A stretch of DNA of 64,000 bases from an uncultured Candidatus Bathyarchaeia archaeon (GTDB taxonomy: Archaea > Thermoproteota > Bathyarchaeia > Bathyarchaeales > Bathycorpusculaceae). Each line of letters starts with the position of its first letter. Within the stretch, counting starts at the first letter, position 1. A program made the translations under genes and the position numbers. Below the pieces are notes generated by a model, which worked only from the letters and a program-made list of their open reading frames with translations, was not told the DNA's origin and ran no database searches. This document shows, in pieces, positions 43,450 to 52,583 of the stretch. The stretch lies in the NCBI GenBank assembly GCA_964506875.1, contig CAZDNV010000001.1:4853-68852 (forward strand), read 5' to 3'.

Positions 43450-44970
43450 ATGGGAAACATGATGGTCGAACTCAGAGAGCATGAACGCAAAACACTCTCG
43501 ACCTTGAGCAGGCTAGGTGGAAAGGCATCAGTGGAGCAATTGACGGAGTCTACTGGACTGACAAGTGCAGCCGTGATGCGCGGGGCCATGGTGCTGCAAG
43601 AGAGAAAACTGGTGAAAGCAAGCGAGAGCAAACAGGCTGTCGCACGGCTCACCGAAGAAGGGAGAATGCACGCGAGAAACGGGTTGCCAGAACGTCGCTT
43701 GATAATCGCTCTGAGTAAACTCGGCGGAAAGGCCCCTTTGAAAGAAACGGTTGAGACGGCCAACTTGGAACACCAGTTCATACCAATAGCGCTGGGTTGG
43801 ATTCAACGGAAGAACTGGGCCACATTCGACAACAAGACCAAAACATTACAGATTGCTGAAAAGCTGGAGGAAGGAATTGACGAGAAGCTTCTGAAATCAC
43901 TGGCAGAACGGCCGCTTCCCGTTGAAGAGCTGAGCCCCAGATGTCAGGAATCGGTTCAAATTCTCAAAGGAAGGAAACTCTTGGAAACCGAAGAGAAGAA
44001 GGATCGATACATCGAGATAACTGACGACGGAAAGACAATGGCCAAGAAGGGATGGAAAACCTCACCTGAAGTAACGCAGCTTACGCCGGAATTGATCATC
44101 AGCGGAAAATGGCGCAAGGCCAGGTTACAAAGATATGACGTAGAGGCCCCAGTATCAAGCACTTGGCCAGGCAAGAGACACCCGTACTTAGCCTTTCTTG
44201 ATGAAGTAAAGGAGAAACTTGTCAATTTAGGATTCAAGGAAATGGTTGGTACCCAGGTTGAAACATCATTTTACAACTTTGATGCGCTTTACACTCCTCA
44301 AGATCATCCAGCACGAGAGATATTTGACGTATATTTCGTAAAGAGACCCAAGTATGGTAGGTTGAATGCTGAGAAGAAGGTTCTCCAACGCGTCAAGAAA
44401 ACACATGAAGACGGGTGGAAAACAGGTTCGGCAGGATGGAGATACAAATACTCCATGCAAGAGGCGAAACGCTTGATCCTACGGGGACACGGAACCTGCC
44501 TGAGTGCAAGGACACTACTGAGTAAGGATTTAGAGATTCCTGGCAAATACTTCTCTATCGCACGTTGTTATCGGCCTGAGGTCTCGGACAAAACACATCT
44601 CACAGAATTCAACCAAGTAGAAGGCATAGTCATTGACGAAGGACTGAACCTAAGCGATCTTCTAGGGGTCTTGGAAAAGTTCGCGAAGGAAATAGCTAGT
44701 GCGGAAAAGATCAGACTTAGACCCGACTACTATCCATTTACCGAACCAAGCGTTGAGTTGAGCGCCTACAAGAAAGAGCATGGTTGGGTCGAGTTCGGAG
44801 GCTCAGGAATTTTCAGACCTGAGGTAACTATGCCACTAGGCATTAGAGTCCCAGTAATTGCATGGGGCCTAGGCATAGACCGCCTTTTCATGATGAAGGC
44901 TGGTGTGGATGACATACGATACCTTTTCGCGCAAGATTTGGCTTGGATAAGGAGGAAAAAGGCGTTTTAG
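43450..44970 (+). CDS. pheS: phenylalanyl-tRNA synthetase alpha subunit
   Basis: 506 aa. N-terminal wHTH repeats, class II motifs (..FNQVEG.., YPFTEPS, GSGIFRPEV, GLGIDR). Confidence 0.9.
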   Translation: MGNMMVELREHERKTLSTLSRLGGKASVEQLTESTGLTSAAVMRGAMVLQERKLVKASESKQAVARLTEEGRMHARNGLPERRLIIALSKLGGKAPLKETVETANLEHQFIPIALGWIQRKNWATFDNKTKTLQIAEKLEEGIDEKLLKSLAERPLPVEELSPRCQESVQILKGRKLLETEEKKDRYIEITDDGKTMAKKGWKTSPEVTQLTPELIISGKWRKARLQRYDVEAPVSSTWPGKRHPYLAFLDEVKEKLVNLGFKEMVGTQVETSFYNFDALYTPQDHPAREIFDVYFVKRPKYGRLNAEKKVLQRVKKTHEDGWKTGSAGWRYKYSMQEAKRLILRGHGTCLSARTLLSKDLEIPGKYFSIARCYRPEVSDKTHLTEFNQVEGIVIDEGLNLSDLLGVLEKFAKEIASAEKIRLRPDYYPFTEPSVELSAYKKEHGWVEFGGSGIFRPEVTMPLGIRVPVIAWGLGIDRLFMMKAGVDDIRYLFAQDLAWIRRKKAF

Positions 44971-46656
44971 ATGCCGACGATTGACATTGACTATCCGGAA
45001 TTCGTAAGAATGCTTGGAGCTGACCTGCACCAGGACATGGACAAGCTGAACGATATCTTAGCCTTTGTCAAGGGCGAGCTGAAGCTTTTCGATCAACAGA
45101 ATGGCATTATGAGCATTGAGATAAAGGATACAAATCGGCCAGACCTCTGGAACATTGAGGGCTTAGTCAGGGCCCTACGAGGCTTCATGGGACTAGAGAT
45201 GGGCCTAAGGCAGTACACAGTAGGCAAACCACAGGCAGAAGTCATCGTGGATTCTCAACTAGGTGACATTCGCCCCTACATAGGCTGCTCCGTGGTCAGA
45301 AACGTCAAGCTGACAGACACGGTGATCCGTGGCCTAATGCACTTACAGGAAAAGCTTGACCAGTCATATGGCAGAAACAGGCAACGAACCTCCATAGGCC
45401 TGTACAATTTCGACCTCATAAAATCACCCCTTCAATACACTGTTGCTCACTCAGACGAAATCCGATTCGCACCGCTAGGATTCGAAAAGAAAATGAGTTT
45501 AAAAGAGATCCTGCAAACGCATCCGAAGGGTCTGGAGTATGGTCACATCGTAAGCAAACATCATGTCTACCCAATATTGCTTGACGCAGAGAAAAAGGTG
45601 CTTTCTTTCCCGCCTATCATAAACTCCAACGACCTCGGAAGAATAACTGATGCAACAAGAAGCGTTCTAGTCGAAGTGACCGGAACCAGGCTAGAGACAG
45701 TTCTGGCAACGCTGAGAATAGTGACCTTGTCATTGATTGATCGTGGCGGAAAAGCCTACTCATCAGTTGTCGACTACCCAGGGAAGAAAGGAAAAATCGT
45801 GACGCCGGACTTCTCTGCAAGAACCATGGATCTAGAAGTGCAGTACGTGAACAAGATCTCTGGCTTACAGCTAACCGCGAGGCAAATCATCAAATTGCTT
45901 GCGAAGGCAGGCTATGGAAGTCAAATCGTCTCTCATGAAAAAGTGACTGTGAGTATCCCCTGTTACAGAGTTGACGTTATGCACCCAATAGACCTAGTTG
46001 AGGACGTAACCATAGCATACGGGTATCAGAACATGAAACCACGATGGAGAAAACTACCGACGACAGGAAGCATGAGGCCAGAGCAAGACTTCCTCAATGT
46101 AGCACGGGAACTGATGATTGGTCTTGGATTCCAGGAGGTCTTGACTTACACAATGACCAACAAGGAGAACCTATTCACGAAAATGAACTGCAATAAAGAA
46201 AAAACTGTGGATCTAGCCAACCCAAAAGCTCAGACTTTAACGTGCTTGAGAAACTGGCTCTTGCCAAGCCTTATGGAATTCTTAAGCAACAATGTCTCAG
46301 TTGAATATCCGCAAAGAATATTCGAGCTAGGCAAGGTGACGCTTCCGAATGCGAAGAGCGAAACCAGAACAAAAGATGAAGAACGGATTGCCGCGGTCGT
46401 TTCCCATGCGAACGCAGGTTTTAGCGAAATAAAGTCATGTCTAGACGCCTTCTTCGTAAATCTGGGACTAAGGTGGCAGATAAAAGAAGCAAGGCATTCA
46501 AGTTTTATCGAGGGACGAGTTGGAAGAATAGTAATTGAGAAAGCAGTGGTCGGAGTCATAGGTGAGATATGCCCAAAAGTCCTGTCAGCGTGGAAACTCG
46601 AGAACCCGACAGCAGGCTTCGAGCTGGATATGGAGAGAATCGATGGATTTCTGTGA
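44971..46656 (+). CDS. pheT: phenylalanyl-tRNA synthetase beta subunit
   Basis: 561 aa archaeal PheT-like protein. The start codon directly follows the pheS stop. Confidence 0.9.
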   Translation: MPTIDIDYPEFVRMLGADLHQDMDKLNDILAFVKGELKLFDQQNGIMSIEIKDTNRPDLWNIEGLVRALRGFMGLEMGLRQYTVGKPQAEVIVDSQLGDIRPYIGCSVVRNVKLTDTVIRGLMHLQEKLDQSYGRNRQRTSIGLYNFDLIKSPLQYTVAHSDEIRFAPLGFEKKMSLKEILQTHPKGLEYGHIVSKHHVYPILLDAEKKVLSFPPIINSNDLGRITDATRSVLVEVTGTRLETVLATLRIVTLSLIDRGGKAYSSVVDYPGKKGKIVTPDFSARTMDLEVQYVNKISGLQLTARQIIKLLAKAGYGSQIVSHEKVTVSIPCYRVDVMHPIDLVEDVTIAYGYQNMKPRWRKLPTTGSMRPEQDFLNVARELMIGLGFQEVLTYTMTNKENLFTKMNCNKEKTVDLANPKAQTLTCLRNWLLPSLMEFLSNNVSVEYPQRIFELGKVTLPNAKSETRTKDEERIAAVVSHANAGFSEIKSCLDAFFVNLGLRWQIKEARHSSFIEGRVGRIVIEKAVVGVIGEICPKVLSAWKLENPTAGFELDMERIDGFL

Positions 46657-46915
46657 ATTCGCTGGGCACATGACGCGAGGGTGCTTGTCCAAGGACTTAA
46701 GATCATGGAAGTAACGCGGGCTAACTTCTGGATGGATTTTGCCGTGGACAACGCCTATGGATTCTTGTAGTTGCGGGTGTAGTTTCCATGTTGCTCCATT
46801 GTCGGCGGTCTCAGAAGGCGTCATATTCTCCTCGAAGGTTACAGAGAAAAGATAGTCGAGAGTGACCCACCACCAGAAGTCTTATATTCAGTTTTGACAC
46901 AAGAAGCGAAAAAAC

Positions 46916-47677
46916 GTGTTCTGCGCAAAGGAAAGCGAGACTTGGAACATACGAAGGTTGTTAAGAGCGATTCGCGGCGACCGAATCGGGCAAGTCAAGC
47001 TGGCAGCAGTCATATTGAAAAAGAAAGCAAACAAGTGCAAGAGCATAAATGACGTTGTCGAGCTTAGCTTTGACGTATTTGGCAATTTTCCCTTCAGATA
47101 TTTCGGATGGAGAATTCGACCAGGGCAGGTGAAGGAAGAAATCACTGAGCTTCTGAAGATCCTTGCGAACCGTAGACCTAAGGCCATTCTCGAAATCGGA
47201 ACTGCAAGCGGTGGAACCCTCTTCTTGTTTGCAAGAACTTCAAGTCCAGATGGAGTGATAATAAGTATAGATCTTCCAAGTGGTCGATTTGGTGGAGGCT
47301 ATCCTGAATGGAGGATTCCGTTATATGAATCATTTGCAGCGTATGGACAGAAGATTTTCTTACTCCGTGAAGATTCGCATGCGCTTTCTACGTTTGATAC
47401 GGTCAAGGCAATCCTGAAAAAGCGTAGGCTGGACTTTCTTTTCATAGATGGAGATCACACGTATGACGGCGTAAAGATGGATTTCGAAATGTATAGCAAG
47501 TTGGTTGGCAAAGGTGGAATAGTAGCTTTTCACGACATTTGCCCTCACCCTCCCGAGACTGGGTGCGAGGTCAACAAGCTCTGGCGTGAGACAAAAGAGC
47601 GGTATGCGCATGATGAAATAATAGGTGATCGCAAACAAAACTGGGCCGGAATAGGTGTTGTGTACTACACCGAATAA
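46916..47677 (+). CDS. class I SAM-dependent methyltransferase (CmcI/cephalosporin-hydroxylase-like)
   Basis: ILEIGTASGGTLFLFA (motif I) and FLFIDGDHTYDGVKMDFE. Confidence 0.7.
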   Translation: MFCAKESETWNIRRLLRAIRGDRIGQVKLAAVILKKKANKCKSINDVVELSFDVFGNFPFRYFGWRIRPGQVKEEITELLKILANRRPKAILEIGTASGGTLFLFARTSSPDGVIISIDLPSGRFGGGYPEWRIPLYESFAAYGQKIFLLREDSHALSTFDTVKAILKKRRLDFLFIDGDHTYDGVKMDFEMYSKLVGKGGIVAFHDICPHPPETGCEVNKLWRETKERYAHDEIIGDRKQNWAGIGVVYYTE

Positions 47678-48141
47678 AGCTGAACTCCGTTCGGCGCGCG
47701 CTTAGCAGATAAAATGCCAAAGAAAGAGCCGCCATTAGCGGCTATAAGAAGGATGGCATAACCAGAACCTTTGCCACAGCTATTGGAAGAGAAATGCATA
47801 AAACCATATGCGCGCCAGTCTTCCATTGCCTTCTATTCCGAAGTCCGATACTATGATGTGTTCATTCAGCCCTGTAGTAACACATCTGAGCACATTCTTG
47901 ATAAGCGCCTGGTACGTGATTCACTCCAGACTCTTCTTCTGGGCACAAGACTTTATCAACCGACCGATGAAGCTGGCGGTTCTTCAGAATGGATGCCATA
48001 CAGCGGAGATAACGAGTTTTTGATGGAGCATCAACTCTCAGCACTCCAAGTGGGAGAGTCTGTGTATTCACTATCGGTGTGTATCCAGGCAACTATCGGA
48101 TGAATTTAGTGCTCAGAAATATGTCTATCCAGGTCCGTGTT

Positions 48142-49746
48142 TCACTCTTGTTCGTAGCTCTTGCCGTGAACGCGCTTTGATAGGTATACCGTGATTATAA
48201 GGAGAAGCCCTGTGGTAGCTGCAAAGATGTACACGAGGCTCCTTAGGTTCTGGGAGTCTTGAAACAGATCAGATCGATGCTCCTGCACAGAAGCATTCAG
48301 TGTCTGATAGCTCTGTTGGAGTTGGTCATAATTGTTGTGGAGAGCAACGTAGCTGTTGAGCAAGTCATTGTAAGTAATGTTCAGATCGTAAAGATTCGCC
48401 AGCAAGCTGCTAGTGAAGTTGCGTAGCAGGTCTGTGAATGTGCTGTTCAGGCTGTAGAGCTCCCCTTGCAGACTACTAGTATAGTTGCTCAGCAAGTTAT
48501 TGTAAGTAATGTTCAAACTGTCAAGGTCTGCTTGCAGCATCTGGCACTTGTCAAGCAGCTCATAGTAAAGACGCAGTATCGTGGAAGATATCACAGTGAT
48601 GGTTCGACATTCCAGTACATAGGTGAAGTACAGGTAGGTTTTCGATTCGTCTGAAGCACTAAGATAAGTTGGTGTAATCTCCTCCTCACCTGTAACGACG
48701 ATAAATGGTGGTGCCATCAGTCGATTAGGAATGATGATCCTGCTGAAGCCAACATTGTCGACCTCGCCGGAAACGTTGAAGTGGATCATTTTGTTTCCCG
48801 TTTCTCTGCCCACTTCAAATTCTAGTGCTGAAAGTGACGAATTGCAGATCATTGTCACATGATATGTTTCGTCTTTCGTGGAGACACTGAAATCATAGAA
48901 AGCTCCCATCAAGGGGTAGCTGTCGTGATCATTGGCGCCTACCGGGTACAACGTGTCTCCTATTCCGTTGTCATCCAAGTCTTTCCCTGAGTAGTCAGGC
49001 CAGCGATTGCCTTCGCCTCCATAGCTCCAGTAGTTTGTTGAGTCGCTGGACTCTTCAACTGAATCCATGAAATTGTTGTGATAAAAGATATTATCTTTGC
49101 TGGAGAAGGTGAGACTAAGCCCTTTCTTATTGTTGGAGACTGTGTTTCCTGAGAACACGTTGTCGCTGGAGAAATACAGGCTTAATCCTCCTTCGTTGTT
49201 GGAAACGGTGTTGGATGAAAAGGTGTTGTCACTCGAGAAATAGAGGTTCAGACCTACGTCATTGCCCAAGATGACATTGTCCGAGATTACGTTCTTGCCA
49301 GATGAATAGAGTAGAATCCCGTTATAGTTATTTATGACTTTGTTGTCGCTTATTGCGTTGCCGCTTGAAGCTATGAGAATCCCACTGACGATGGGGTTTG
49401 TGCTGTTACTTTTTATCGAAAAGCCTTTTACAGTCACGTTGTCAGCTACTATGCTGATCATGTAGATTCCGCCATGGCCGTATATGGCTGTGGCTTCCAT
49501 GCCATCTCCAATAAGGGCTACGCTCTTGTTGACGACAATGTCTTCGTAATAGGTCCCATTATGAACGTATATAGTGCCGCCTGGAAGAGCAATGTCTATG
49601 GCAGCCTGAATCGTACGTGCAGACTCGCTCGGAACGTGAATCACATTTTGGTCTGCCTGCACAGATATCTTCTGTATGAGCAAGTACTGCGCAATCGGCA
49701 AAAGCAGGATCATGAGTAATGTTGAGATTTTTCTCAATTCGATCAC
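48142..49746 (-). CDS. secreted right-handed parallel beta-helix (PbH1/NosD-like) protein with a coiled-coil stalk and C-terminal TM anchor
   Basis: 534 aa. Signal/anchor at the N-terminus. Repeated ..N.I..N..GI.L..S..N.. beta-helix turns. Three 22-aa repeats rich in N-x-T/S. Terminal TM. Confidence 0.7.
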   Translation of the reverse strand: MIELRKISTLLMILLLPIAQYLLIQKISVQADQNVIHVPSESARTIQAAIDIALPGGTIYVHNGTYYEDIVVNKSVALIGDGMEATAIYGHGGIYMISIVADNVTVKGFSIKSNSTNPIVSGILIASSGNAISDNKVINNYNGILLYSSGKNVISDNVILGNDVGLNLYFSSDNTFSSNTVSNNEGGLSLYFSSDNVFSGNTVSNNKKGLSLTFSSKDNIFYHNNFMDSVEESSDSTNYWSYGGEGNRWPDYSGKDLDDNGIGDTLYPVGANDHDSYPLMGAFYDFSVSTKDETYHVTMICNSSLSALEFEVGRETGNKMIHFNVSGEVDNVGFSRIIIPNRLMAPPFIVVTGEEEITPTYLSASDESKTYLYFTYVLECRTITVISSTILRLYYELLDKCQMLQADLDSLNITYNNLLSNYTSSLQGELYSLNSTFTDLLRNFTSSLLANLYDLNITYNDLLNSYVALHNNYDQLQQSYQTLNASVQEHRSDLFQDSQNLRSLVYIFAATTGLLLIITVYLSKRVHGKSYEQE

Positions 49747-49794
49747 ACTTTCTTTTTCATGCTTGGAGCTTTTAAGCGTTGATGTGGCACCTTT

Positions 49795-50361
49795 TCAGTG
49801 TTGCTGGGAAAGCACTTTCCCCAGCATTATGGCGCATAGAATGGAAACTGAAAGTGCGGGGACAAAAACGACTGAGTTTATGACAGGTTGCACAAGCGAC
49901 CATACTATGACAGCATAAGATGCCGCAATGATGATTATCAGAGTGGAGAATCTGGCTAGGTTCATTCGGGCAACTTCCTGCTGGGTCAACGTGGATTGCA
50001 AAAGACTCTGTGCTTGCGCTATCTGCTGGTCCGTTGCGAAACTCGCAAGATTCTTGTCACTGTCCTGAAATTTGAAGCTCGTAAGCGCATATCTTTGTAG
50101 TTCCCAAGGCTTCTTTTTTGGCAAAATCCTTAGGATATTGCTCTTTTCCATCTTCTTTAGTATGGTCTGGATCTTGCGGACAAACTGGAGGTCAATAGCT
50201 TTCTCTTCTCCATACTGCCTTCTGATTATGTCCCTAACGTCAGGAAAATGCAGCTCCAATTGGAAGGATGCGACGGCTTTTGCAAGGCCATATTGGTATT
50301 CGCCATCTCGAAGACGTATGTTAGTCGTCCTAGAGTTTGCACTCATTATCTCTTCAAGCAT
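49795..50361 (-). CDS. hypothetical protein with two C-terminal TM helices
   Basis: 188 aa ORF. No family recognised. Confidence 0.45.
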   Translation of the reverse strand: MLEEIMSANSRTTNIRLRDGEYQYGLAKAVASFQLELHFPDVRDIIRRQYGEEKAIDLQFVRKIQTILKKMEKSNILRILPKKKPWELQRYALTSFKFQDSDKNLASFATDQQIAQAQSLLQSTLTQQEVARMNLARFSTLIIIIAASYAVIVWSLVQPVINSVVFVPALSVSILCAIMLGKVLSQQH

Positions 50362-50566
50362 TTCCTTTTCACTAATGAGCAGCCTACGTTGGGCCAGACT
50401 CTAGTCCCTCTTTCAATAGTTTAAATTGAAAGCAAGATAAAAAAGCTTCGTGCCGCCTACATAGCTTTTCAATTCTTTCAACTCACTGGAACAATGTTTC
50501 AACTGGTTCTATGGAAGAAATCTGTAAGTGTTTAAACGGCCATGAATAAGCTTGAAGGAGTGTCAC

Positions 50567-50938
50567 ATGGCAAACTACGCGTTAGAACGTAGCATGTTCC
50601 AAGTGCCTTTAAGGAAAAAATATTGTTTATGCGATCTACCCTTACACAAGAAATATAGGAGTCACTTCGAGATCATGGCCCTCATACTAGAAGCAACCAA
50701 GGACGATGGGGAAGCCCGGTTTTCGATTATGACGCATGCCAGCATAAATTTCAAACAGCTGAAGGAGTTTTTGAACTGTCTTATAGAAATGGGGTTTATC
50801 GACATGGACATGAAGGAAGGCAGGGTTCTTTATAGGGCAAACGAGAGAGGGCTTTCTTTCCTCAGACAGTATCATGTGCTGTTGGAGATGCTACTAAACA
50901 GGCGAGCGCAAGGGAACCCTCATAACATCAGCGCATGA
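50567..50938 (+). CDS. archaeal winged-helix (HTH_45-like) protein
   Basis: RSHFEIMALILEATKDDGEARFSIMTHASINFKQLKEFLNCLIEMGFI.. ATG at 50567 with GAAGGAG 6 nt upstream. Confidence 0.6.
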   Translation: MANYALERSMFQVPLRKKYCLCDLPLHKKYRSHFEIMALILEATKDDGEARFSIMTHASINFKQLKEFLNCLIEMGFIDMDMKEGRVLYRANERGLSFLRQYHVLLEMLLNRRAQGNPHNISA

Positions 50939-51741
50939 TGTAATAAGCCACCGTGTAACACGCTTCCAGTGGTAATCATTTTACTCGTGATGTTGGCTGA
51001 AGCAAGCCTAGAGAGCTTCCTCGTGGGACTTATTGAGGTGCTCGCGGCAGGAGTTTGTGTTTCTTGGGGCCTTTCGTTTTTCTCCTTGGTCTTTGTGCCC
51101 TTGAACGTTGGGATCGCGAGTTCGATAATCACCAACAGGATTATGAATGTAACCACTATGTAAATGCCTGAGGAATCATGCATAAGAAGCGACAATTGGC
51201 CGACCCATGGTACGCGCATGATGACCTTGCCGACCAAAAGTCTCTCCGAAATCATTCCTCGGTAGGTATAGTTTTCGGTGTCGTAGCTTTCTCGGTAATC
51301 TGTCCAAGTATCCCAAGAACCTGGGTTGCCATCGCCTTTAGTTCTGAAGTATATTATTCCGGACCTAGTGACGTTTGCTATGGCCCTATGGACTATCAGA
51401 TCGTCTGGCGACTCTGGACTCGGTTTTGGTTGATGGAAGATTATTATATCTCCTTCAGGATCAGAACCAGTAACAACATCCTTTGGGTTCACTACTCTGA
51501 TAATGATCAAATCTCCCTTATGTAAGGTGGGCTCAAATGGGTGTGACCAGCCGTCACAAGGGTGTTGAACTTTGCACATACTACCAGAAGCTACAGTCAG
51601 AATGGGATAGGGGGTTCCAAGCACCGATTGCGCGCCGAGCCATACGCCCCAAACTACCGCGATAATCACAATGATCATTATCGTTGTCTGGAAATACTCG
51701 TTTTTCCATAGTCTTCTGAGAGTCCCTATTTCCATTCTCAT
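50920..51741 (-). CDS. signal peptidase I (archaeal Sec11/S26B type)
   Basis: TM anchor, then VASGSM (Ser nucleophile), LHKGDLIII and LIVHRAI (His). Start taken at the ATG at 51741 or 51735. The ORF track extends to 51870. Confidence 0.75.
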   Translation of the reverse strand: MRMEIGTLRRLWKNEYFQTTIMIIVIIAVVWGVWLGAQSVLGTPYPILTVASGSMCKVQHPCDGWSHPFEPTLHKGDLIIIRVVNPKDVVTGSDPEGDIIIFHQPKPSPESPDDLIVHRAIANVTRSGIIYFRTKGDGNPGSWDTWTDYRESYDTENYTYRGMISERLLVGKVIMRVPWVGQLSLLMHDSSGIYIVVTFIILLVIIELAIPTFKGTKTKEKNERPQETQTPAASTSISPTRKLSRLASANITSKMITTGSVLHGGLLHHALML

Positions 51742-51880
51742 CAGCCCTCTATCATCTGAAATGCTCTCGTTGACGTAGGGCTTCTTTACTCTAAAACTTA
51801 ACGCTTTTGAAAAACCGAAAAATAGGGGGAAGGAGGGGGTTAAGCGCGAACGGCTACGCTTTTCGGCCAAGCTTAGACGT

Positions 51881-52114
51881 TTAGATCTTCTTCTTGCTTA
51901 GTACTTCTCGGAAGGGCTTCTTGCACTTTGGACAGTCGAACAATCCGATTTCTAGCTGAGTCCTTTTTCCAGCCTTGTCTGGGCGACCTGCCATTGTCCA
52001 TTTCTTCTTTGGCGCCGAGACCATTGTTCCACATTTTGGACATTTTCCCACTTGATTTCCTCCAATATCTTGATAACCATGGTTTCTTATGATGATAGAT
52101 AAAAGACTTTCCAT
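51881..52114 (-). CDS. small zinc-ribbon protein
   Basis: 77 aa. CPKCG..CPKCKKPF. Confidence 0.45.
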   Translation of the reverse strand: MESLLSIIIRNHGYQDIGGNQVGKCPKCGTMVSAPKKKWTMAGRPDKAGKRTQLEIGLFDCPKCKKPFREVLSKKKI

Positions 52115-52583
52115 TGTTTCAGAATAGAAAACGTTTTTCTATACATCGGGTCTAGTCAATTTCAAGGTGAAGAATCATGGCGATTCATCTATGGCTTTTA
52201 TGCCAACTTTGGGAAACACTGCATAGATCTCGGAGCAACGACTGAATATGTGATTTATTGTTTCTAGTTCAGTTCACGTGCACGCGGAGCGATGGTGGCA
52301 TATCCTACGTAGCCGACGTCATCGTGAATCGGGCGCAAGAACTGCAGTATCTTCGTTGCCGCATTGTCATTGTTCATATTGATAGCACTTCCAGACAAAA
52401 ATGATGTATGGCAAGACGCTGGAATCCCGGGATGTCAGAAGATCCGAGCAGTTGCTTCAGGTGCCATACTCGTTCTTTAGCTCTTGCACATGAAGAAGCA
52501 CTTGGCCCGTTTGTGGCTTTTCCAAAACGCTTTTACTTCTGCTCTTGCGCATATTTCTTATCACTATTGAGGTTTAGTAGGAT

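Noticed and set aside
46230-46824. Minus-strand ORFs 46230..46751 and 46585..46824 at the end of pheT.
   Set aside because: They are largely antisense to pheT. They have no motifs or RBS, and their composition looks like shadow ORFs.
47771-48103. ORF 47771..48103 (110 aa) and overlapping ORFs between the methyltransferase and the beta-helix gene.
   Set aside because: There are no recognisable domains or RBS, and several mutually overlapping ORFs occur in different frames. The region is treated as non-coding or unknown.
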